64,000 bases of DNA. Origin: Candidatus Magasanikiibacteriota bacterium. GTDB lineage: Bacteria > Patescibacteriota > Patescibacteriia > Magasanikbacterales > UBA922. The stretch is from NCBI GenBank assembly GCA_049287025.1, contig JBAQFA010000051.1, positions 65,697-129,696 on the forward strand, given 5' to 3'. This document shows positions 1 through 8,742 of this stretch, in pieces (the first letter of the stretch is position 1; the number at the start of each line of letters is the position of its first letter). Below the pieces are notes generated by a model that saw only the letters and a program-made list of their open reading frames with translations, was not told the DNA's origin and ran no database searches. Both the position numbers and the translations under genes were made by a program.

Positions 1-113
1 AAAATTTATCAAGATCAATTACAGGGTGTATTATTAAAAATTGTTGCCATGATAATTATGGTTATAGGTGTTTATATAATTAGCAGTTAAATTTTATTGA
101 ATTTAGTTTTATT

Positions 114-1418
114 ATGAAAATATTGTTTATTACTTCTAGCAATATGATTGCCCCTGATATGGCTCGTCTTTTGCAAGATGAAGGTAACCAGGTAAAATTA
201 TTTATTGATGACAAAAATCGGAGTGATAATTTCGAAAATATTATTAAGAAATGTAAAAACTGGAAACAGGAATTGGCCTGGGTAGGTAAGGATGGTCTGA
301 TAATTTTTGATGATGTTGGCTATGGTAAGATTCAAGATAATTTAAGAGAACATGGTTTTGCAGTTTTTGGTGGTAATGCTGAGAGTGATAAGCTTGAAAT
401 GAAAAGATCTTATGCCCAGGATGTGCTAAAAGATCATGGTTTGCAGACTTTGGAAACTTGGGATTTTGATAATATTGATGATTGTGTTAATTTTATCAAA
501 AAAAGCAAAAAAACTTGGGTTTTGAAACAAAACGATCACAAACTTAATATTAATACTGTCTCACAGTTTAAAGATAACCAAGATATTTTGGATGTTTTGA
601 AATTGTGTAAGACTAAATATAAAAATAAAGTTAAGGTTATTACTTTGCAAGAAAAAGTAGAAGGGGTGGAAATTGGTGTAGGCAGGTTTTTTAATGGCAA
701 AAATTGGGTTGGACCAGTGGAAATAAATTTTGAACACAAACGGCTTTTTGATGGCGACGTTGGACCAATGACAACTGAAATGGGCACTTTGGCTTGGCTT
801 GAGACTGAAAAAGATAGTGTGTTATTTAAAAAAACCCTATCTAAATTGAAACCATTTTTGAAAAAAATAAAATTTAGAGGAGATTTTGAAATTAATTTTA
901 TTATAAACGGCCAAAATATTTATCCTTTAGAAATTACTCCTAGGCTAGGCTCCCCAATAGTCCATTTACAGAGTGAAATGTTAAATTTGAAGTGGGCGCA
1001 ATTTTTGAAAGCTTTGGCTCTTGGTAAAAGCCTTAGACCAAAATGGAAAAAAGGTTATGGCTTGGTGGTGTTATTGGCTGTACCACCATTTCCTTATATG
1101 ACAAAGTTGGGAAAAAATTCTCCCAGAGGTGTGATTGTCTATTTGGATAAAGTTACAAAAAATGATTTTAAACATATCTTTTTTGAAGGGGTGTCAAAAG
1201 AAAAAGTTCAAGGCAAGGAACATTTTTATATTTCGGATGATGAAGGCTATGTTTTATATGTGACTGGTGTGGGGAAAGCTATTGCCAAGGTGCAAAAAAA
1301 TGTTTATGGAATAATTAAAAAAATCTATGTTCCAAAATCTCTTTATAGAAGAGATATTGGGTCCAAGTTTTTGTTTAGTGACGAGAAGCTTTTGAAAAAA
1401 TGGGGTTATATTAAATAA
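114..1418 (+). CDS. ATP-grasp ligase, phosphoribosylamine--glycine ligase (PurD/GARS)-like
   Basis: 434-aa ORF. Carries the PurD core motif 'EHKRLFDGDVGPMTTEMGTLAW' (cf. DHKRxxDGDTGPNTGGMG) and a PurD-like N-terminal Rossmann segment ('FGGNAESDKLEMKRSYAQDVLKDHG'). Confidence 0.7.
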   Translation: MKILFITSSNMIAPDMARLLQDEGNQVKLFIDDKNRSDNFENIIKKCKNWKQELAWVGKDGLIIFDDVGYGKIQDNLREHGFAVFGGNAESDKLEMKRSYAQDVLKDHGLQTLETWDFDNIDDCVNFIKKSKKTWVLKQNDHKLNINTVSQFKDNQDILDVLKLCKTKYKNKVKVITLQEKVEGVEIGVGRFFNGKNWVGPVEINFEHKRLFDGDVGPMTTEMGTLAWLETEKDSVLFKKTLSKLKPFLKKIKFRGDFEINFIINGQNIYPLEITPRLGSPIVHLQSEMLNLKWAQFLKALALGKSLRPKWKKGYGLVVLLAVPPFPYMTKLGKNSPRGVIVYLDKVTKNDFKHIFFEGVSKEKVQGKEHFYISDDEGYVLYVTGVGKAIAKVQKNVYGIIKKIYVPKSLYRRDIGSKFLFSDEKLLKKWGYIK

Positions 1419-1501
1419 AATTTATTTATGGCTTCTCTCTAGTTTAATATGGCCAAATTGTGTTATAATATAATTGAAAACTATTTAATCTAAAAGAAAT
1501 T

Positions 1502-2218
1502 ATGAAGAAAGAAAATAAATTTCAAAAAACTAAAGATTTTTTATCCCAGATACCTAATTGGGAAAAAGATTATAAAAAAAATAATGAAGTTCAATTGAAT
1601 TATGAAAAAAAAGATTGGGCTAATGCCAAAGCGTGTTTTTCTGAACATGATTTAAAGATTTTAGGTGAACCTGTGATGGAAGACTGGGAAACCCCGTATA
1701 TGAAAGATTTGGCCGAAGTAGCGACCTCTAAGGGCGGTGTGGTGTTGGAATTAGGTTTTGGTATGGCAATCTCGGCTAACTTTATTCAACAGCATAATAT
1801 TAAAAAACACATTATCATTGAAGCTAACAAAGCGGTAGTCAAACAAGCTGAAAAGTTTGCAAAAAAATCTAAACATAAAGTAGTGATACTGGCTGGTTTG
1901 TGGGAGGATATGATAAAAAAGATTCCTAACAATAGTTTGAATGGAATTTTATTTGACACTTATCCACTTTCGGAAGTTGAATTGTATCAGAATCATTTTA
2001 ATTTTTTTCCTTTTGCTTATCAAAAATTGGTTTCTGGCGGGGTGTTTACTTATTATTCAGATGAAATAAAGAAATTTGGTAAAGTCCATCTAAAAAAATT
2101 ACAAGAAGCCGGTTTTAAGAAAAAAAATATCAAGAGTAGGGTATCTAAGGTTGTACCACCAAAAAGTTGTGAATACTGGAAAGCTAAAACTATTTTAGTT
2201 CCCATAATTACAAAATAA
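1502..2218 (+). CDS. Class I SAM-dependent methyltransferase, guanidinoacetate N-methyltransferase (GAMT) family
   Basis: 238-aa ORF. Colinear with animal GAMT as recalled: 'ILGEPVMEDWETPYM', 'GGVVLELGFGMAI', 'HKVVILAGLWED', 'NGILFDTYPLSE', 'NHFNFF', 'SGGVFTYY', 'VVPPKSCEYW'. Confidence 0.75.
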   Translation: MKKENKFQKTKDFLSQIPNWEKDYKKNNEVQLNYEKKDWANAKACFSEHDLKILGEPVMEDWETPYMKDLAEVATSKGGVVLELGFGMAISANFIQQHNIKKHIIIEANKAVVKQAEKFAKKSKHKVVILAGLWEDMIKKIPNNSLNGILFDTYPLSEVELYQNHFNFFPFAYQKLVSGGVFTYYSDEIKKFGKVHLKKLQEAGFKKKNIKSRVSKVVPPKSCEYWKAKTILVPIITK

Positions 2219-2237
2219 ATTTAATTTATATAGACTT

Positions 2238-3929
2238 ATGGACGATCCCTTTTACTGTTCCCTGTCAATCTCCCTAAGACATTTGGTGGATTTTAGTTTT
2301 GCTCCCCAATTGCTTTTTTATTCATATATCCCAATTATTGTTGTTTCTTTAGTCTTTGGTTTGTTTGTATTTTACAAGAGCCAACGTTCAGTCAATGCCA
2401 GAAATTTGCTTTATATTGCTATAGTTTTTTCGTTGTTTCTTTTGAATGAAATTGTGCAGTGGGTGGCTATTCCTGCTTCTTTAGTAAATTTTGGTTGGTT
2501 GTTGTCGCCACTTTTACAATCTTTGGTTTGGTTTTTTACGATTAGATTTTTTTATCAATTTTTAGAAGATAGAGTTTTACCATGGAAATGGAATTTGTTT
2601 TTGATAGTGTTATTTTTACCAATAATTTTTTCTTTACCAACCAGATTCAATATCGCTTTTTTTGATCTAGTAAATTGTGAAGGAACTGTTGGACCAATTT
2701 GGTATTATCTCTATTCATTACAAATTATTTCTATTATAGTTTTATTTATTTGGGGAATGATTAAATATAAAATAAATAAGATTAGTAATTTAAAAAGGCA
2801 AATATTGTTATTAAGCATTGGTGTACCATTTTTTCTTTTATCATTTGCTTTGTCAAATATTTTAGGTGAGGTCTTACAAACTTACCAAATAAATTTGGTT
2901 GGTCCTATTGGTATGGTTTTGTTTATAGGATTGTTGGGTTATTTGATAGTTCATTACCATATATTTAATATCAGAGTAATTGCGGCTAAGGTTTTAGTTA
3001 TTACCCTAGTAGTTTTAATTAGTTCACAATTTTTCTTTATTAGGAATAATACTAACAAAATACTAACAGCGATTACTTTGTTGTTGACGGCAATTTTTGG
3101 TTGGCAATTGGCAGCTTCGGTTAATCGTGAGGTAAAACAAAAGGAAGAATTGGCCAAATTGGCCAAGTCTTTGGAAAGAGCCAATTTGCGTTTGCAAGAA
3201 TTGGATCGACAAAAGACAGATTTTCTTTCCATTGCCTCTCATCAACTCCGTACCCCATTATCTATTATGAAAGGGTATGTAGAACTTATCCAAGACGGAG
3301 CTTATGGTAAAATAGATAAGAAACTTTTTGGAGTTTTGACAGAAATGGATGAAAGTAATGAACGTTTGGTAAAATTAGTGGATGAATTTTTGGATATTAC
3401 GAGAATTGAACAAGGTCGGACAAAATTTTCTTTTGAATATTATGACATGAATAAATTGGCCGAGAGTGTTGCTAAAGAATTGACCAATCGAGCGCATGAT
3501 AAAGGTTTAGAAATTATTTATAAACCAGACAAGAAAATTGAAAAAATTTATATAGATGAAGAAAAGGTTCGTCATGTAATTTTTAATTTTGTAGATAATG
3601 CGATCAAATATAGTAATAGTGGCAAAATTATTATTACTACAGAAAAAGAGCAAAAAGGTATTACCGTAAGAGTAAAAGATCAGGGTTTTGGTTTTGGTTT
3701 GGAAGATCAGGCTAATTTTTATCAAAAATTTTATCGTGGTAAAAATGTAGAGGGTACTAACGTGACTGGAACAGGCTTAGGTCTGTATGTTTGTCGTAAG
3801 TTTATTGAGGCTCATTCGGGTCATGTCTGGGCTCACAGTAAAGGTGTGGGAGAGGGGAGTGAATTTGGTTTTTGGATTCCATTAACCAAAAAAACTGCGG
3901 AAAAGGCAAATAAAATATTGAGTAAATAA
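2238..3929 (+). CDS. Membrane sensor histidine kinase
   Basis: 563 aa. About 8 N-terminal TM helices, then a coiled coil. H-box 'SIASHQLRTPLS', N/G boxes 'VDNAIKYS' and 'GTGLGLYVCRKFIEAHSG'. No response regulator is adjacent. Confidence 0.8.
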   Translation: MDDPFYCSLSISLRHLVDFSFAPQLLFYSYIPIIVVSLVFGLFVFYKSQRSVNARNLLYIAIVFSLFLLNEIVQWVAIPASLVNFGWLLSPLLQSLVWFFTIRFFYQFLEDRVLPWKWNLFLIVLFLPIIFSLPTRFNIAFFDLVNCEGTVGPIWYYLYSLQIISIIVLFIWGMIKYKINKISNLKRQILLLSIGVPFFLLSFALSNILGEVLQTYQINLVGPIGMVLFIGLLGYLIVHYHIFNIRVIAAKVLVITLVVLISSQFFFIRNNTNKILTAITLLLTAIFGWQLAASVNREVKQKEELAKLAKSLERANLRLQELDRQKTDFLSIASHQLRTPLSIMKGYVELIQDGAYGKIDKKLFGVLTEMDESNERLVKLVDEFLDITRIEQGRTKFSFEYYDMNKLAESVAKELTNRAHDKGLEIIYKPDKKIEKIYIDEEKVRHVIFNFVDNAIKYSNSGKIIITTEKEQKGITVRVKDQGFGFGLEDQANFYQKFYRGKNVEGTNVTGTGLGLYVCRKFIEAHSGHVWAHSKGVGEGSEFGFWIPLTKKTAEKANKILSK

Positions 3930-3930
3930 A

Positions 3931-4024
3931 TCCCGCACCACGAGTTTATGTCTGTGATATTAAGGCTGGGTGAATTGATATTCATTTTTTACGTCAGCAC
4001 GTGAAGTGCTCGGTGGTGAGGGAT
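3931..4024. repeat. GC-rich element with imperfect 13-bp terminal inverted repeats (MITE-like) upstream of the bactofilin gene
   Basis: 'tcccgcaccacgag' ... 'ctcggtggtgaggga' flank about 65 bp that contain the internal hairpin agcac-gtgaa-gtgct. GC-rich relative to its surroundings. Confidence 0.25.
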
Positions 4025-4090
4025 AAAAACTTGTAAAATTGTTTCAAGTGGTGTATTATATCCATAAATAATTTTTAAAATATTATATAT

Positions 4091-4549
4091 ATGTTCCAAA
4101 AACCATCTCCAGAAATCGCTCTTAATAAAGACAGACAAATGAATTCTTCTCATGACGATGTCGAAACTGTCGTTGGTCCATCAGTGGTGGTTGAGGGTGA
4201 TTTTGCTTCTGAAGGTAACATTATAGTAAAGGGGACAGTCTCTGGTTCAGTCAAAACTAGTCGCTTATTAACAGTAGAAAAAGGCGCAAAAATTTTGGCC
4301 AGTGTCAAAGCTGGGAGCGCAATTGTGGCAGGGAGTATTAGAGGTAATGTAAAAGTGGATGATAAATTAGATTTATTGGAGACATCACAGATTGCTGGTG
4401 ATATTATTTGTCAGGTTTTAACTGTGGCGCCAGGAGCTTTGTTACAAGGAAAAGTAACTATGAAAGGTTTGGATATTATAAAAACTGAAGACGAAACTAA
4501 TAAATTATTTGGTAAATTTAAAAAAGTAGAGGATACAGAAAAGAAATAG
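4091..4549 (+). CDS. Bactofilin family cytoskeletal protein
   Basis: 152 aa. Beta-helical repeat pattern 'VVVEGDFASEGNIIVKGTVSGSVK...VAGSIRGNVKVDDKLDL...IAGDIICQVLTVAPGALLQGKV', typical of DUF583/bactofilin. Confidence 0.65.
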   Translation: MFQKPSPEIALNKDRQMNSSHDDVETVVGPSVVVEGDFASEGNIIVKGTVSGSVKTSRLLTVEKGAKILASVKAGSAIVAGSIRGNVKVDDKLDLLETSQIAGDIICQVLTVAPGALLQGKVTMKGLDIIKTEDETNKLFGKFKKVEDTEKK

Positions 4550-4583
4550 CTTGTTTTTTTAAAACTGATAAAAGTGATGCATT

Positions 4584-5348
4584 ATGTACGTATATCTCTA
4601 CGATAATTTTTTAAAGCAAAAGAAGTTTGATTCAATCTTAAAGGCAATAGAAACTAGATTGACAGATTTTAGTATAGCTGGTAAAATAATCCGGCTGCAA
4701 AATTTTACCAATGCCCAGGCAGTGGTAGAGGACGAAATCAATCGAGGGGCCACGACCATTGTAATTGTGGGTAATGATATAACATTTGGTCATGTTTTAT
4801 CGCGGGCAGCTACCTGCGATATTTTATTTGGTTTTTTACCAGTTGGTACAGAGAACAATTCCATTGCGCAAGTGTTGGGTATTCCAATTGGAGTAGAAGC
4901 CTGTGATATTTTGTCAAAAAGGCGCAAAGTTAGATTGGATGTGGGCTGGTTCAATAATCGTTATTTTGTTTCTCAATTGCATATACCAGTCAGTGATATT
5001 ACAGTAGAATACGATGAAAAGTTTAGAGTGTCGGCCAAAAATAAAATGGAGTTGGTAGTATGCAATCTACAGCCATATGTTTGGAAGGGTAGAGGTAAGA
5101 TTAATGATTATATTGTTCATCCCCAAGATGGTAAATTAGAAGCTTTTTTGCGTCCGGTCTCTGGTCGGGGAATAATTAGAGAAAAATTTGAAGAACCAAG
5201 TTTGTTTCCGTTTGAGGAAATGATTGTGAGCAGTCGTAAGCCGTTTGTCGTAGAGGCTGATGGCAAAGAATCAAAAGAAATAAAAATTAAAATTAAATTA
5301 GCTAAAAGTAGGATTGGGATGATAGTGGGAAGGGAGCGGAAATTCTAA
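4584..5348 (+). CDS. Diacylglycerol kinase catalytic-domain (DAGK_cat/YegS-like) lipid kinase
   Basis: 254 aa. 'ATTIVIVGNDITFGHVL' matches the GGDGT-type nucleotide-binding loop of the DAGK_cat family. N-terminal 'YVYLYDNF' resembles the family start. Confidence 0.55.
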   Translation: MYVYLYDNFLKQKKFDSILKAIETRLTDFSIAGKIIRLQNFTNAQAVVEDEINRGATTIVIVGNDITFGHVLSRAATCDILFGFLPVGTENNSIAQVLGIPIGVEACDILSKRRKVRLDVGWFNNRYFVSQLHIPVSDITVEYDEKFRVSAKNKMELVVCNLQPYVWKGRGKINDYIVHPQDGKLEAFLRPVSGRGIIREKFEEPSLFPFEEMIVSSRKPFVVEADGKESKEIKIKIKLAKSRIGMIVGRERKF

Positions 5349-5458
5349 ACAATATCCAAAATACATGGAACAAAATACACACAATAAAATACATAACATA
5401 AATTACGTGGATTAATAAAATTGTATGTTGTTGCGTGTATATTGTATGTTGTTTTTAA

Positions 5459-5540
5459 GCCCAGGTGGCGAAATTGGTAGACGCACTACCTTGAGGTGGT
5501 AACGCCGTAAGGCATGGAGGTTCGAGTCCTCTCCTGGGCA
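5459..5540 (+). tRNA. tRNA-Leu (anticodon GAG), type II with long variable arm
   Basis: Acceptor GCCCAGG/CCTGGGC. Anticodon loop TTGAGGT. Variable arm GCCGTAAGGC. T-arm GGAGG-TTCGAGT-CCTCT. Discriminator A. CCA is not encoded. Confidence 0.85.
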
Positions 5541-5543
5541 CAA

Positions 5544-5567
5544 GTCTTGACAAACAAGACTTTTTTT
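5544..5567 (+). terminator. Rho-independent terminator after tRNA-Leu
   Basis: gtcttg-acaaa-caagac hairpin followed by T7. Confidence 0.6.
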
Positions 5568-5575
5568 GTTATAAT
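5547..5575 (+). promoter_or_regulatory. Sigma70-type promoter for rnpB, embedded in the tRNA-Leu terminator
   Basis: TTGACA at 5547-5552, 17-nt spacer, TATAAT at 5570-5575. The RNase P RNA P1 helix begins about 8 nt downstream. Confidence 0.5.
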
Positions 5576-5582
5576 TTTTTAG

Positions 5583-5999
5583 TTCATTACATAGTAGATG
5601 ATCAATCTTCGACTTTATGTTGGAGGTAGGAAAGTCCGAACATTCACCCGATGTAAATTGGGTAATAGAGTAGCGGGTAACTCCCGTCGGTCGCGAGACT
5701 AGAGGTGCGAGCAGTGACGCCGAGACGCGAAAGTGTCGAGGCACCACGTAAAAGCGTAAGCTTTTCACGTGGTGAACTCTGATAGTGATATCAGAGGTGA
5801 AACGGCAAAATCCTTACTTGAATGAAAGAACAGCCTTTCGATTCACTTCGTTCGCTTAGAGCAGACTAATTATTGGATGCTTTGGGCGAATGAAGTGCAA
5901 TTTGATTGGACAAGTTAGTTCGCTTGACCCAGCTGGTAACAGCCTGGGCAGATAAATGATCGTCCTAGACAAAATTCGGCTTATAGCTATGTAATGAAC
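5583..5999 (+). ncRNA. rnpB: RNase P RNA (bacterial type A)
   Basis: 13-bp P1 helix: gttcattacatag at 5583-5595 pairs with ctatgtaatgaac at 5987-5999. Conserved 'GGAGGTAGGAAAGTCCGAACA' (P4 5' strand) and 'ACAAAATTCGGCTTATAG' (P4 3' strand, cf. ACAGAAcCCGGCTTA). Locally GC-rich with no ORF. Confidence 0.85.
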
Positions 6000-6045
6000 A
6001 ATAAGAAATTCCCTAAAAATGGGGATTTTTTATTTATAGTCTAAG

Positions 6046-6074
6046 TTGACTAAAGTGTAAATTTTAGCTAAAAT
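6046..6074 (+). promoter_or_regulatory. Candidate sigma70 promoter upstream of the sugar transferase gene
   Basis: TTGACT, 17-nt spacer, TAAAAT. Confidence 0.4.
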
Positions 6075-6086
6075 ACAGAGTAATAG

Positions 6087-6135
6087 GATTTATTCCTTAT
6101 TCCCTGCCTGCGCAGGCAGGTTTATTCCTTACTCC
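6087..6135. repeat. 18-bp perfect palindrome cctgcctgcgcaggcagg flanked by direct repeats tttattccttaYtcc (family B palindromic element, intergenic copy)
   Basis: Perfect palindrome at 6103-6120. Flanking 14-15-bp direct repeats at 6087-6101 and 6121-6135. Related copies lie inside CDSs at 6694, 16525 and 18300. Confidence 0.5.
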
Positions 6136-6142
6136 TTTTTTT

Positions 6143-7579
6143 ATGAAACGTTCAGAAGTAATTTTAATGGTTTTACAAGTGCCAATTGATTTTGTGTTAC
6201 TTGTTTTGGCTGGTATCTCGGCTTATTATTTGCGTTTTTCCGAATGGGCAATACAATTGCGCCCGGTAATTTTTAGATTAACTCTGAATGACTTTTTTGA
6301 AGTAGCATTTTTGGTCTCTATAATTTGGATAGTTATTTTTGCGATTTTTGGTTTGTATTCAGCTGATCAGAATAGAAAATTATCTCGGGATTTGCTACGA
6401 GTTTTATTAGCTTCTTCAGTTGGTTTGGGAATCATTGCTTTGTACGTTATGTTTGCTCTGCAACAATTTGATTCTCGCTTTTTGGTAGCAGGTGGTTTTA
6501 TCTTGGCAGTTATTTATGTTAGTCTGGGTAGAATTTTGATGCGTGGGGTTAAGTCGCTTTTGTATAGAATGGGAATTGGTTTGCGTCGCGTAGTTATAAT
6601 TGGTACCGAAGAAGTGACGAAAAGTATTGTTAATACTTTGCAAAATAGAAAAGAACTTGGATATAAAGTTGTAAAAGTTTTAGAAAAGTTTAACCTGTCT
6701 GCGCAGGCAGGTAAAAATTTAATTCCCAAATTAGACAAATTAAAATTGAATGAAATAATTTTTACTAATCCCAAAGCTGATGAAAAAGAAACTTTAGGAG
6801 CTTTAAATTATTGCAATCAACGTCATATTGTTTTTAAATATTCCGCTGATTTATTTGCTACTTATAGCGCCAATATGTCTGTGACGGCTTTGGCTGGTGT
6901 GCCAATTGTAGAATTAAAACGCACAACTTTGGATGGTTGGGGTAGGGTAATAAAAAGAATTTTTGACATTATAATGAGCGTCGTAGTTATAATTATCACT
7001 TCGCCCATAATGCTTTTAACGACTTTTGTAATTTTAATAGAAACTGGTCGGCCAATAATTTATAAAAATGAAAGAGTCGGAATTAGAGGAAAGAATTTTT
7101 TTACTTTAAAATTTAGGTCAATGTTTCAAAAAGATTCCACTGGAATGCAATTTGGTGAGGTGGGGTTAAAAAATGAACAAAAGGAAAAGGAATTAATTAA
7201 AACAAATAGTATAAAATCTGGTCCAGTTTACAAAATTGCCAATGATCCTAGGGTGACACCATTTGGAAGATTTATTCGTCGTTGGAGCTGGGATGAATTA
7301 CCGCAATTTTTTAATGTTCTTGGTGGCAGTATGAGTATTGTTGGTCCGCGTCCTCATCAACCACGAGAGGTAAAGCAATACGAAGATGAATATAGTACAG
7401 TTTTTACTTTAAAACCTGGAATTACTGGTTTGGCGCAGATCTCTGGTCGGAGTGATTTGTCTTTTGATGATGAAATGAAGTTGGACGTATTTTATATAGA
7501 AAAATGGAGTTTGTTTTTGGACATTATTATATTTTTAAAAACACCGTTTGTAATTTTTAAAAAACGTAAGGCTTTATGA
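6143..7579 (+). CDS. Polyprenyl-phosphate sugar phosphotransferase (bacterial sugar transferase, WbaP/WcaJ/EpsL family)
   Basis: 478 aa. N-terminal TM helices. C-terminal catalytic domain with 'KRIFDIIMS', 'YKNERVGIRGKNFFTLKFRSM', 'DELPQFFNVLGGSMSIVGPRP', 'KPGITGLAQISGR'. Confidence 0.85.
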   Translation: MKRSEVILMVLQVPIDFVLLVLAGISAYYLRFSEWAIQLRPVIFRLTLNDFFEVAFLVSIIWIVIFAIFGLYSADQNRKLSRDLLRVLLASSVGLGIIALYVMFALQQFDSRFLVAGGFILAVIYVSLGRILMRGVKSLLYRMGIGLRRVVIIGTEEVTKSIVNTLQNRKELGYKVVKVLEKFNLSAQAGKNLIPKLDKLKLNEIIFTNPKADEKETLGALNYCNQRHIVFKYSADLFATYSANMSVTALAGVPIVELKRTTLDGWGRVIKRIFDIIMSVVVIIITSPIMLLTTFVILIETGRPIIYKNERVGIRGKNFFTLKFRSMFQKDSTGMQFGEVGLKNEQKEKELIKTNSIKSGPVYKIANDPRVTPFGRFIRRWSWDELPQFFNVLGGSMSIVGPRPHQPREVKQYEDEYSTVFTLKPGITGLAQISGRSDLSFDDEMKLDVFYIEKWSLFLDIIIFLKTPFVIFKKRKAL

Positions 7580-8700
7580 AAATTGCCTTGGTTCACGATT
7601 ATCTGGCTCAAGATGGGGGAGCCGAAAGAGTTTTAAAAGCCTTTCATGAAATTTGGCCTGAAGCCCCGATTTTTGTTTTGTTTCATGACAAAAATAAAAT
7701 TAAAGGTTTTGAAAAGGCTGATATACGTGAATCTTTTATTGCCAAAATGCCTTTTGGCCGGAAGAAATTTAAACTATATTTTCCTTGGATGCCAAGAGCG
7801 ACTGAACATCACAATTTGCATGATTTTGATGTGGTTTTGTCTTCTACCTCGGCTTTTGCCAAGGGGGTTTTGACTCGCCCTGAGACTTTGCATATTTCTT
7901 ATTGTCATACTCCGACGAGATATCTTTGGACAGATACCCATGAGTATATAGAAGATCTAAAATATAATAAATTAATTAAATTGGCCCTACCTCGGATTAT
8001 CCACCACATGCGTTTGTGGGACAAAATGAGTGTGGATAGAGTCGATCATTTCATTGCTAATTCTGGGACAGTCAGAAATCGGATTCAAAAATATTATCGA
8101 CGGGATAGTGATATTATTTTTCCGCCAGTAGATGTTAATAAATTTAAAATATCCGAAACAGTCGGAGATTATTTTGTATCGGGTGGACGTCTTGTACCAT
8201 ACAAGAGATTTGATTTATTGGTTCAGGCTTTTAATCGTTTGAAATTACCTTTGAAAATTTTTGGCGATGGACCAGAATTAGCCAATTTAAAAGAAATGGC
8301 TAAACCAAATATAGAATTTTTGGGTAGAGTGACAGATGAAGATAAAGCTGAATTATTAAGTAAAGCCCGGGCTTTTTTACACCCGCAAGTAGAAGATTGT
8401 GGTATTACGCCAATTGAATCAATGGCTTGTGGTCGGCCAGTCATTGCTTATGGCGTGGGTGGAGTGACCGAAACTGTAATTCCCGGTAAGACAGGTATAT
8501 TTTTTAATGACCAGACTTGGGAATCAATTGTAGACGCGGTAATAAATTTTGATCATGAATTGTGGTATCCAGACTATATTCGCAATTGGGCGCTACGTTT
8601 TGATGTGGATAGTTTTAAAGAGAGGATTAAACGATATGTAGAGGACAGACAGGAAGAATTTAAACAGGGTTTGGAACAATGTAAATTGGAAATACGGTGA
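7576..8700 (+). CDS. Glycosyltransferase family 4 (GT-B, 'group 1')
   Basis: 374 aa. 'FGDGPELANLKEMA...FLHPQVEDCGITPIESMACGRPVIAYGVGGVTETV' matches the GT4 C-terminal EX7E region. Start overlaps the upstream stop (translationally coupled). Confidence 0.8.
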   Translation: MKIALVHDYLAQDGGAERVLKAFHEIWPEAPIFVLFHDKNKIKGFEKADIRESFIAKMPFGRKKFKLYFPWMPRATEHHNLHDFDVVLSSTSAFAKGVLTRPETLHISYCHTPTRYLWTDTHEYIEDLKYNKLIKLALPRIIHHMRLWDKMSVDRVDHFIANSGTVRNRIQKYYRRDSDIIFPPVDVNKFKISETVGDYFVSGGRLVPYKRFDLLVQAFNRLKLPLKIFGDGPELANLKEMAKPNIEFLGRVTDEDKAELLSKARAFLHPQVEDCGITPIESMACGRPVIAYGVGGVTETVIPGKTGIFFNDQTWESIVDAVINFDHELWYPDYIRNWALRFDVDSFKERIKRYVEDRQEEFKQGLEQCKLEIR

Positions 8701-8742
8701 TCACATATCATATAACACATATCACATAACAAACATATAAAT

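Noticed and set aside
5412-5768. 118-aa minus-strand ORF
   Set aside because: It lies entirely over tRNA-Leu and the RNase P RNA gene. It is an antisense artefact of a GC-rich structured RNA region.
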